Assembly (NCBI GenBank): GCA_037305845.1
Contig: CP147778.1
Span: forward strand, 1,824,001 to 1,888,000
From: Candidatus Freyarchaeum deiterrae
GTDB lineage: Archaea > Asgardarchaeota > Jordiarchaeia > Jordiarchaeales > Jordiarchaeaceae
Direction: 5' to 3'
Length of the DNA: 64,000 nucleotides
Under the pieces are notes generated by a model, which was given only the letters and a program-made list of their open reading frames with translations, ran no database searches and was not told the origin of the DNA. Below, one piece after another: positions 44,960 through 53,720 of this stretch. The translations under genes were made by a program, and so were the position numbers. Position 1 is the first letter of the stretch, and every line of letters starts with the position of its first letter.

Positions 44960-46081
44960 TTAGGTGAACATTTTTGGTTTTTCTTTTGATTGTTTCTCGT
45001 TGAGTAGCTTAAGCGTTATCTCTATTATTTCTTGTGTTACACTGCCCTTATCTTGCAGAATTGCTTTGTGGAGAGCTGCTTTTAGAAGTTTTTCTTTAAG
45101 GTCTCTACCGGAGAAGCCTTCTGTGTTCATAACTATTTTTTTAATATCGGCTTTTACTGGTAATGGCATTTTCGATATGTAGAGTTTGAGGATTTGTTCC
45201 CGTTCTTCGGTACTAGGCAGTTTGAATTCGATCTCCTCTTCAAATCTGCTTTTTACAGCCTTATCTAAGGCGGTGGGGTTATTTGTGGCTCCAATGCATA
45301 CTACACCTAGGTTAGCGCTTAGTCCGTCCAATTCCCCTAGGAGTGCGTTGACTATCTCTGATACGTCACCTCTAATATTCTGAAAGCTACGGTCCAGTCC
45401 TATAGCATCGATTTCATCTAGGTATATAATGCTAGGCGTGTTGTCTGAGGCTATTTTGAAAATTTGGTGCACTCTTCTAGAGGCGTCTCCCACATTAGCT
45501 CCGATTAAATCAGTGGATTTAATCAAATAAAACGGTGAATTTGTTTCATTGGCTAGAGCCTGAGCCAGCATGGTTTTCCCCGTGCCCGGGGGACCATAGA
45601 ATAGAATGTTTTTTGGCGCCCATTCTCCGAAAGCCTCTGGGTTTTCTAAATACTTCTTGATTATTAGACACTTGTTTTTCGCTTCATTCTGTCCTATAAC
45701 ATCTGGGAAATGAACTTTCAGCCTTTTCTCCTCTGTTAATGGCTTCCTTTTCAGGATGAAACGGGTGGAAAGGTTTATTCTTCCCTGTTTTGGCTGCGCA
45801 TCAGTTACTTTAAAAGCAAAATCAGGGAAAACCAGTTGGTCGAACAGGTAGTCTCCTTTCTTAACATAAATTCCCGCCCATTGTTCTCGGGCGTAGGCTT
45901 GAAACAGTTCAATATCATCTGTTAGTAAGGCGATGGGGGAATCTTCTCCAGCGAGGCGAAAAGGATAACCTGATGGCTGGAGCTCCAAAACTGAAAGGGA
46001 TTGAATGCGGCTTTTCTTTTTTGCATGCTCCTCTCGTAAGGAGGTAGGCAGATGTATAATTTTCTCACTATTTTCTCTCAA
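44960..46081 (-). CDS. Archaeal AAA+ ATPase (COG1223-type)
   Basis: YAREQW.G, WAPKNILFYGPPGTGKT, LDEIDAI and RGDVSEIVNALL motifs. Confidence 0.9.
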   Translation of the reverse strand: MRENSEKIIHLPTSLREEHAKKKSRIQSLSVLELQPSGYPFRLAGEDSPIALLTDDIELFQAYAREQWAGIYVKKGDYLFDQLVFPDFAFKVTDAQPKQGRINLSTRFILKRKPLTEEKRLKVHFPDVIGQNEAKNKCLIIKKYLENPEAFGEWAPKNILFYGPPGTGKTMLAQALANETNSPFYLIKSTDLIGANVGDASRRVHQIFKIASDNTPSIIYLDEIDAIGLDRSFQNIRGDVSEIVNALLGELDGLSANLGVVCIGATNNPTALDKAVKSRFEEEIEFKLPSTEEREQILKLYISKMPLPVKADIKKIVMNTEGFSGRDLKEKLLKAALHKAILQDKGSVTQEIIEITLKLLNEKQSKEKPKMFT

Positions 46082-46140
46082 AAATCTTTCACCCTACCGC
46101 TTGTGACATCTTTATAACCGTTTCAGAGTTCCTTTTAGAA

Positions 46141-47451
46141 TTATACCTCATTGAATTGCATAATTTTTAGATTTACGGGTTTCTTTGTAATGTTTTCCTG
46201 TCGCACACCTAAAATGTATTCCGCACCTTTTTCTTGGGATATGTCCACTAACCTCTGAGTTATTATGCCGTCAAGAATAATGGCTTTCACCGAGTTCATT
46301 TCTTTCAGACTCTCTGCCAGTGAAGATACTTCTATTTCTTTGATTAACTCGAAGTTCTCCCCCAAAAGTACAGCTTTATTAGAAGAGGGAATACCTGACA
46401 AATGGCTCAAAATTTGCTCAGGAAGTTTAGGTTTCGGAGGGGCTTCCACCTTTTTATATCTCTTTACCTCTTTTTCTCTTTCTTTTCCCTTTTCTTTTTC
46501 CTTCTCTTTTTCTTTTTCTCTTTCTTTTCCCTTTTCTTTTTCCTTCTCTTTTTCTTTTTCTCTTTCTTTTCCCTTTTCTTTTTCCTTCTCTTTTTCTCTT
46601 TCCCTTTCCTTCTTTTTAGGTTCTTCTGATTCTTCTTGTTCTATAGGCAGTTTATTTCTTAATGCTTTAACCACTTCTTTTTGGCTGAGCTCTTCGACTT
46701 CTCTGCCTGGAGGGGCACGAGCTATGTAAGCTATGTCCGCTATTTGTTGGAGTTCTTTTAGAATCAAGTCTCCTCCCCTATCTCCATCTAGAAATGCTGT
46801 AATTGATTTTTTCTTACTGAGCTCAGTTACAGTCTTTGGTACACTCGTACCTTCAACTGCTACCACGTTCTTATAACCACATCTCAAAAGATTAAGAACA
46901 TCAGCTCTTCCCTCTACAATTATTATGTCATCAGAGGCATCAATACTCGGTCCAGCAGGCAGCTCTTCAGGACCGTATTTCTCGATTTCAGCGACTCGAA
47001 CAGCGTCCATAACCTCATCAGTGATCTGTTGGCTTTCAGGTGACACGTCTTCGGACCATTTTCGAATAATATCCGCCGCTCTTTCTACAATCTTCTTCCT
47101 TTTAACCTCACGAACATCTTCGATTATCTCTAGAGTTGCATGAGCTGTACAGGGTCCGACTCTATCCACGGTTTCCAGCGCAGCAGCTAACATCGCTGTC
47201 TCCACTTTATCCAAACTTGAGGGAATTATCACCGTTCCAGTTGATTTACCCGCTTTTGATTCTATGGTCACTCTTATTCTGCCTATCCGACCCGTTCTCT
47301 GAAGCTCACGTAGATCAAGCTCAGCTCCCAATAAACCTTCAGTCTGTCCAAAAACAGCTCCAACCACATCTGGTTTTTCAACCACACCGTCTACATCTAC
47401 TTTAGCTTTTATAATATATTTTGTCGTGCTAAATTCATTCTTATTAACCAT
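46141..47451 (-). CDS. dnaG: Archaeal DnaG (TOPRIM; exosome-associated primase-like protein)
   Basis: [28 protein letters not shown] and DGDRGG motifs. Confidence 0.96.
   Translation of the reverse strand: MVNKNEFSTTKYIIKAKVDVDGVVEKPDVVGAVFGQTEGLLGAELDLRELQRTGRIGRIRVTIESKAGKSTGTVIIPSSLDKVETAMLAAALETVDRVGPCTAHATLEIIEDVREVKRKKIVERAADIIRKWSEDVSPESQQITDEVMDAVRVAEIEKYGPEELPAGPSIDASDDIIIVEGRADVLNLLRCGYKNVVAVEGTSVPKTVTELSKKKSITAFLDGDRGGDLILKELQQIADIAYIARAPPGREVEELSQKEVVKALRNKLPIEQEESEEPKKKEREREKEKEKEKGKEREKEKEKEKEKGKEREKEKEKEKEKGKEREKEVKRYKKVEAPPKPKLPEQILSHLSGIPSSNKAVLLGENFELIKEIEVSSLAESLKEMNSVKAIILDGIITQRLVDISQEKGAEYILGVRQENITKKPVNLKIMQFNEV
46469..46594. repeat. Three exact 42-bp tandem repeats encoding the Lys/Glu linker of DnaG
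   Basis: TCTTTTTCTCTTTCTTTTCCCTTTTCTTTTTCCTTCTCTTTT at 46469, 46511 and 46553. Confidence 0.92.
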
Positions 47452-47626
47452 GTAAGCGTCACTTCCATTAAGTAAGTTAAGAAATGAAATGTGAAATGAA
47501 TGTAAGATTCAATTAATAATCCTGAATTTCAAAGCTCCTCAAATACCAATATGCATACACATACTGTTAACATTAACGATACTTTCGGGATAATTATGCT
47601 TTTCTCTTTTGAACTACGAAAAGGGT

Positions 47627-48040
47627 TTACCAGTCGATACTAACGTTTTTCCATGATTGGTTTTGGAGATTAAGATATGAAGAAGCTAACCCTTCAATAT
47701 CACAGGTGATTTTCGAGACTAAATTTTGGAATCTTCTTCTGAAACTCCGCGTTAAATCAACCTTTCGGCAATCTAAGTAACGAGAGAGACGCAAAGCCAA
47801 TACTCGTCCTTCACGGTCAAAGTCTGTTAAAATCAAGAAGTTTTCAAACTGCGCCAGCTCTTCTGCAACTTTTAAAAGATTTTTTCCAGACAGCCTAATA
47901 ATCTGCCCGCTAACTCCTAATGTTCGCAAACTTCTCTCATCTTTGAGACCCTCTACGACAATGGGGATACCGCTATCAGAGAATATCTTCAGCATGGAAA
48001 TTAACTGATCCAATTCGTCAAAGAAACTATTAATAAACAT
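47627..48040 (-). CDS. Small TOPRIM-domain protein
   Basis: IVVEGLKDERSL and ILTDFDREG motifs; ATG at 48040 preferred over the longer ORF start. Confidence 0.85.
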   Translation of the reverse strand: MFINSFFDELDQLISMLKIFSDSGIPIVVEGLKDERSLRTLGVSGQIIRLSGKNLLKVAEELAQFENFLILTDFDREGRVLALRLSRYLDCRKVDLTRSFRRRFQNLVSKITCDIEGLASSYLNLQNQSWKNVSIDW

Positions 48041-48165
48041 ACTCAACCATCCACGTGAACAAGGAAAAACTAATAATGGTAAACTCTCTAAGCACCAGAT
48101 ATAAGTGGAACAAAATAAATTTTTCTTATTTTTAAAGCAATCGGTACCATGTATAACAGAGATTA

Positions 48166-49296
48166 TCACCGTGTTACTATTGCCTTTTTTAAGGCTTCAA
48201 GAAGGTCGTGTGCTTCATTGTTTTCTTCAAAATGCCTCCTAACATTTTCCAATAGATTAATGAGCGCCTCCGCAGTGGCTTGCTTCAAATCCATGGGATG
48301 AAGATTACCACCAGCATAAGCTGATTTCAATTCGTCAAAACTCGTAAAGTCCACAGGCCCTCCGAATTTCTCCTTACGTTCCACATGAAGCTTAGAACCA
48401 TCTCTCGAAAGAAGGAGAAGCCTATTTATCTCGATTATCGGATTAAACTCCAACTGTTTCGGTGGGCAAAAAGCCGCTCCAATCTTCGCCCTTATATCCT
48501 CCGGCGTATCATGGATAAAAACAGCGGTCTGAGGCTTAGATTTCGACATCTTAGCCTCCATTAAAGCATCCTCATCCTCCTCCTCTCCCCCCTTTTTAAC
48601 ATCCATTCGTGATAAGCCCTGCAAACCAATCAGAAGAGGTGTATGAATAGCCACAGGCTTCCAATCCAAACCCAACTTGGGAGCCAACTCCCTAGCAAGT
48701 ACATGAGCCCTCCTCTGATCAGTTCCCCCCAAACACAACTTAAAACCAGAATACAAAATATCAGCAACCTGAATACAAGGATAAAGCGTTTTAGAATAAT
48801 CAGACTCCGCCTCATCCACCTTACGGCCCATAATACTCATAGCCCTCTTAACACGAGCAAGAGTAATATTCTTAGCAACATTAATCACCGTCCCCCAATA
48901 ATCCAAATCATCCATAAGATCCTCTGCTCTCTCAAACTGAACCCTCCCAGTATCTATACCCAGCGACTCCAAACAGTGCTCAATGTACCTCGCACACATG
49001 TGAATAGTATCCATGTCTCCACCAAACTTGTCATTAATCTTAGCATGCCAAGTTGCCTCGAGAACATGCACATCAGCATCAGCCAGAACCAAATCCTGAA
49101 GCTTCCAAGCCCAAACCACCCAACCTATATGAAATATTCTGGAACCATTAGGACAACTAAAGGCTTATCCAGAAGGCTCAACACCAATATAGGCTTTAGG
49201 ATGGCTTTCAACCTCAAACAAACTCTGCAAATCCTCAACCGTAACAACCTCATCCAAGCCACGCGAAACCATCTGAACCTTTTCCTCAGTATCCAT
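48166..49296 (-). CDS. tyrS: Tyrosine-tRNA ligase, intron-split: complement(join(48166..49136,49167..49296)), 366 aa
   Basis: GGAGG precedes ATG 49296. Splicing gives AYIGVEPSGLFHIGW (HIGH-type motif). YPCIQVADI, GGTDQRRAH and KMSKS lie downstream. Confidence 0.95.
49137..49166 (-). other. 30-nt BHB intron in tyrS mRNA
   Basis: T-CTGG-AT^A-AGCC...GGTT-CCAG-AA^T-A; the unspliced RNA reads an in-frame TAA just after the 5' junction. Confidence 0.88.
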
Positions 49297-49563
49297 CAGT
49301 AATTCCTCCAAATCAATATTTAATATAACCAAAACGCAAACATCATCAACAACAACGCACAATCAAATATCTGCAAAAAATAATAATAAAACCGTAATTA
49401 AAACTTTCCCAAAGTAAGTACAAACATCGAAAAATAGAAACCCAAAGTTAAACCCTCCACAAATATTCCAAAACAACGCATTTTTTTTCAATTCAATTAT
49501 AATTCAAAATTTCGTGGTGTTCAAATACCATTTTTTAAAGAAAATAGAATGAGATGATATAAA

Positions 49564-49905
49564 TTGGATCCATACTGGTTTATGTACGACCCCCTCACCC
49601 AAAGCCTGCTCAATATCATCTTCGGAATAGTCCTAATAGTCGGAATAGGTCTACTCGTCATGAACATAGTAAAACTGGCAACCTCTCACCAACGCATGGG
49701 ACCCACCATAGGTCTGATTCTAAGCTTACTCATCATCGGACTATCAGCCTCATGGCAATCCGTCCTACCCATAATCGCACAAACCATGGGAGGAGTGGTA
49801 CAATACCTCTCAATCTACCTCTACACACTCATCTACCAATGGATAGCACAACACACAACCACAACAACCGCCACAGCACTCCTACTACTACCACTACTAC
49901 TATAA
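49564..49905 (+). CDS. Small multi-pass membrane protein
   Basis: 113-aa ORF with 3-4 hydrophobic segments. Confidence 0.65.
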   Translation: MDPYWFMYDPLTQSLLNIIFGIVLIVGIGLLVMNIVKLATSHQRMGPTIGLILSLLIIGLSASWQSVLPIIAQTMGGVVQYLSIYLYTLIYQWIAQHTTTTTATALLLLPLLL

Positions 49906-49996
49906 TCAAAAACCAACGCAAAGCTAGCGATGGAAAATAACCGGTTCTCTATCCTAATAAAATAAAAAAGCGTTAAATTCATGAATATCCCAAAAG

Positions 49997-50064
49997 CCTA
50001 AAAAACACAAACAGAGCAAAGCAAAAAAACCACCAACAAACAGTAAATAAAAATAGTAAAATCA
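49997..50064. repeat. 68-bp direct repeat, left copy
   Basis: 63/68 identical to 51884-51951 in an ungapped alignment. Confidence 0.85.
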
Positions 50065-50439
50065 AATAATGCAACGAAAAACCCACACCATCCTCAAATA
50101 CACACCTCATTCTTTATCCCGCTCTTCCACAGAGAAAAAACCAAACAAAAGAGTATAAACCCCAGCTTGCATAATCCCCCAATTCACACAAGCTCTCCTT
50201 ACCCCCAACAAAAAAGAATCCGATAAAACAAAAAGAGAAAAGCCAATAACTAATAATTCAAACTTCCCATCCCTGTCACTATTATCGAACCCATCAACCA
50301 CCACAGAGAAATAAAAGAGACAAAAAACAATATATCAACCCGTTATACTTCTCCACATTCCCTCCCATCAAGCAAAACAAGACATAAAAAAATTTATAAG
50401 ACGCCTCATCGCCCTAAACAAAAGAGAGGCGGAAAAAGG

Positions 50440-51816
50440 ATGAAACTCCCAAAAGAAAATACAAACAATAAAAAGTCGAAAGCAGGGACACCACCCGCAC
50501 CACCGACATCACCCGCGGCAGGGACACCACCCGCACCACCGACACCCCTCGAAGGAAATCTAACCTTCGAAGCAAAGACACCCCCCGCAGCAACGCCAAC
50601 CCCCGAAGCAAAATCAATAATGGACGGTTATTCCGAAGAAGATAAAAAGTTAATAGAATTAATAATAGAAGTATATTCCCAAAATTTTATAGAAAAATTT
50701 CCTAAAAGAAAGAAGGAGGAGGAGGAGAGGGAGAAGAAGAAGTTAACGGAGGAGGAGAAGGAGGAGGCGAAGGGGAAGATCGAAACACTATTACTTATAT
50801 TGAGAGAGGAGGAGGAAGAGCAGGAGAAGAAGCAGAAGGAAAAGGAGGAGGAGAGGGAGAAAAAGAAGTTAACGAAGAAGCAGAAGGAGGAGGAGAAGCA
50901 GAAGGAGAAGGAGAAGGAGGAGGAAATGAAATCTCCACTGCGTGGACTTGCTTTGCTCTTTTTAGACTACGAAAAAGTCGAAAAGAAATATTTGCCCAAA
51001 CAAGAAAAAATAGAAGAAATAACGGGTAAAGGGGGACAAGAGGGGAAAGATCTCTATGAGTATATAAAAAATGAAATTTATGGAATCACAATTCATAAAC
51101 TAATATTAAAAATTTATGATCAGCGTCTCGAGAGAGTAACTGAAAGAAAGGAAAGAATCAATAAGAAATTGGACGAAATGGAAGACAAGAGTTACGGTTG
51201 GGTTGCTAAAAATTCCAAGAGATTATTTTGGATCGGTGTAGCTATTGTTTTTTCATCTATACTTATACCCTTAGGAGTTTGGATTTTATCCTCTTGGACA
51301 TTTTGGCAATTACTTAGTACTATTCCAGTATACGCACTAATTGCAACATCCACATCAACACCAGCAATATACACAACATTACCTGCAATAATCACATCAT
51401 TACCCTGGCAACAATTAAATAACACATCCCTAATCTCAGGAGGAATAGGCGGAACAGTAGGCCTAAGCACTATAATTACAACCTTGATTAAAGGAGCATT
51501 CCAAGAAATAAAGAGCGCCTCATTAGACAGAGTCCAAGTTACACTACTCCAAGATGCGTATCGTGACAAAATCAGGAAGATAACAATACAACTAGAACGA
51601 GATCTATACGATATAGTTGAAGAGAATCCGGCAAAGAAGAAAACGGAAGAGGAGAAAAACAATCAATGGAAGTATTTCTTTGATGTGGAAAAAAAATTTT
51701 ATCAAGATGAAGCTCAAATATATGAAGAATTAGCAAACGATCTACAAAAATACGTCGAAGGCATTATAAAAACCGAAAAGAGTAACAACAAAGATAGTAA
51801 CAACCAAAAAGAGTAG
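50440..51816 (+). CDS. Hypothetical membrane protein with Pro-rich repeats and Lys/Glu coiled-coil tracts
   Basis: AGTPPAPPT twice, KE-rich repeats, central hydrophobic segments; GAGGCGG upstream. Confidence 0.75.
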   Translation: MKLPKENTNNKKSKAGTPPAPPTSPAAGTPPAPPTPLEGNLTFEAKTPPAATPTPEAKSIMDGYSEEDKKLIELIIEVYSQNFIEKFPKRKKEEEEREKKKLTEEEKEEAKGKIETLLLILREEEEEQEKKQKEKEEEREKKKLTKKQKEEEKQKEKEKEEEMKSPLRGLALLFLDYEKVEKKYLPKQEKIEEITGKGGQEGKDLYEYIKNEIYGITIHKLILKIYDQRLERVTERKERINKKLDEMEDKSYGWVAKNSKRLFWIGVAIVFSSILIPLGVWILSSWTFWQLLSTIPVYALIATSTSTPAIYTTLPAIITSLPWQQLNNTSLISGGIGGTVGLSTIITTLIKGAFQEIKSASLDRVQVTLLQDAYRDKIRKITIQLERDLYDIVEENPAKKKTEEEKNNQWKYFFDVEKKFYQDEAQIYEELANDLQKYVEGIIKTEKSNNKDSNNQKE

Positions 51817-51883
51817 TAACAACGCAAATAATAGCAAAAAAGAGAACAGACAGAGAAACAAAATACACGCTCAACAACCAAAC

Positions 51884-51951
51884 CCTAAAAAACACAAACA
51901 GAACAAAGCAAAAACACCAACAACAAACAATAAATAAAAACAGTAAAATCA
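51884..51951. repeat. 68-bp direct repeat, right copy (just downstream of the ahcY stop)
   Basis: 63/68 identical to 49997-50064. Confidence 0.85.
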
Positions 51952-51984
51952 TGAAACACTGAAACCAAAGAAAAAGGGTTAGGC

Positions 51985-53601
51985 TCAGGTACCCTCAGCC
52001 CAACCATGAATATACGCATCCTGCTCTGGAGTCAGAACATCCAACTTAAGACCCATAGCCGCGCACTTTAATTGAGCCACAGTATTATCAATCGCTTCGG
52101 GAATATCCAAAACAACACTGCCCATCTTAGACAAAGACTCCCTGTTCTTGACAATATACTCTACCGCCAAAGCTTGGTCTGAGAAGCTCATGTCCATAAC
52201 CTTACCAGCCACATGCATAGTAAAAACTCCCAAAGGTGTTGGTTTATTGTGGGATGACATTTTTTGATTTGACTCAGTATCCCTCTGCTTAACACTTCTA
52301 CATAATGGTGTTAAGGGAGAACTAGAAATACTGGTCCACAATCCGCCACCACAGCAAGTTCACACATCTAGAAGTTTTAATTAAACATGTGGTCACTGGG
52401 GTGCCCCTCTGCACAAGCTAGATTCACAAGTCTGCCTTGTCCGAGTAGGTAAATTTTTCTTCCGTCTTTCATTGTGTATTCGTCGACTAGTGGTCTCAAC
52501 TCTCGTTTGCTGACACTGAGTTTCTCTAGGTCCGGTATGTTTATTTCGACATTGAAGTGCCCAGTGTTACAAATTGTCGCCCCGTTTTTGAACTTCTTCA
52601 TATGCTCTGCGTTAACCACGTTTTTACAGCCCGTAGCTGTGACGAAGATGTCGCCTACCTCAGCGGCTTCTATCATGGGCATCACATCGAATCCCTCAAG
52701 TGCAGCCGTTAGCGCTCTGTGTGGGCTAATCTCGCAGATGATAACTCTTCTGGCGCCTAGTCCCTTGGCTCTTATCGCTACGCCTCTACCGCAATGACCA
52801 AAACCAGCGACTACAAAAACTTTACCTGCTATAAGATCCGCTGTTGCTCTTAGTATGCCGTCGATGGTGCTTTGTCCGGTTCCCCACAGGTTATCAAATT
52901 TGGGCGCAAACACTTCAGCGTTTACGTTTCCCATTTTGTGGGGGTGTCGTTAGTGGCTAAAATCGGATAGAGTAATACATTATCTTTGGCCATAGCCCTC
53001 AACCGAACAATTCCGGCCATATGTTTAATAAAAACTCTCAGGGGCATTAATGATTTAACATATGGATTCCGGTCGTGGTTTCTTCGGCTCCGGCCCATAC
53101 GGTGTCTGCCCAGTCTTTTTTTTCTCCTAGGATTTTTTTGACTATTTTTATTTCTTCTCCTGTTTCTCCTCTTTTCAGTTTGATGAGTGTTGATACCAGG
53201 TCGGCGCCGTCGTCCAGAGTAATGTTGGGTTTCGCTTTGATTACGTTGGCTATTGCTCTGTAGTAGCCTTCGTGGTCCATTCCTTTCCAGCCGTAGGTGG
53301 ATATGCCTTCTTTTACCAGAGCTGCGACGACGTGGTCCTGTGTTGATAGTGGATTAGAAGCGCATAGGTAGACCTCAGCGCCGCCTGCTTTCAGGGTTTT
53401 CGCGAGCACCGCGGTCTCCTTGGTTAAGTGGAGGCATGCTCCCACTTTCACGTTTTTGAGTGGTTTCTCTTTGGTGAATCTTTGTTTTACTTGCATGAGT
53501 ACCGGCATGTGTGCTTCTGCCCATTCTATTGTGCTCTGTCCGCTTGGCGCCAATTTCATGTCTTTGACTTCGTATTTTTCTCCTTTTTCTGTTTGTGACA
53601 T
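51985..53601 (-). CDS. ahcY: Adenosylhomocysteinase, four exons: complement(join(51985..52202,52394..52898,52928..53010,53067..53601)), 446 aa
   Basis: Spliced product reads [10 protein letters not shown]...SNPLSTQD...DDGAD...[13 protein letters not shown]...[18 protein letters not shown]...[21 protein letters not shown]. Exon lengths 535+83+505+218 = 1341 nt. Confidence 0.95.
52203..52393 (-). other. 191-nt BHB intron 3 of ahcY
   Basis: ACC-CCAG-TG^A-CCACATG...CATGTGG-CTGG-TA^A-GGT; splicing restores H-P-S-E-V-M-D. Confidence 0.93.
52899..52927 (-). other. 29-nt BHB intron 2 of ahcY
   Basis: AA-TGGG-AA^A-CGTAAACGC...GTGTTTGCG-CCCA-AA^T-TT; splicing restores K-W-E-F-D-N. Confidence 0.93.
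53011..53066 (-). other. 56-nt BHB intron 1 of ahcY
   Basis: A-CCGG-AA^T-CCATATGTT...AACATATGG-CCGG-AA^T-T; splicing restores T-T-T-G-I-V-R-L. Confidence 0.92.
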
Positions 53602-53720
53602 TGTTTTTTTCACTCCTTTGTGGGGTGTTTTGTCTTTCTTTTATGGGTTTAGTCTTATAAAAGTTATATATTTGGGTGTGGATAGTTTGCACATGGATAG
53701 GCGTATTTTGTGTGGTTTTT

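Noticed and set aside
53011-53066. MITE reading of ahcY intron 1 (inverted ends plus 7-bp direct repeat CCGGAAT)
   Set aside because: The duplication is also explained by a palindromic CCGG central helix plus AAT bulges, and the other four inserts lack such duplications. It is kept only as a hint about origin.
53110-53180. Extra ~18 residues in AhcY ([20 protein letters not shown]) as a fourth in-frame intron
   Set aside because: The sequence is purine-rich with no hairpin or BHB; more likely a protein-level insertion.
39490-53601. Treating tyrS, ahcY and the radical SAM gene as pseudogenes, frameshifts or stop read-through cases
   Set aside because: The breaks are discrete hairpin inserts with BHB geometry whose canonical removal restores the motifs exactly. 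The exons show no other decay, and the first stops are TAA, not Sec or Pyl codons.
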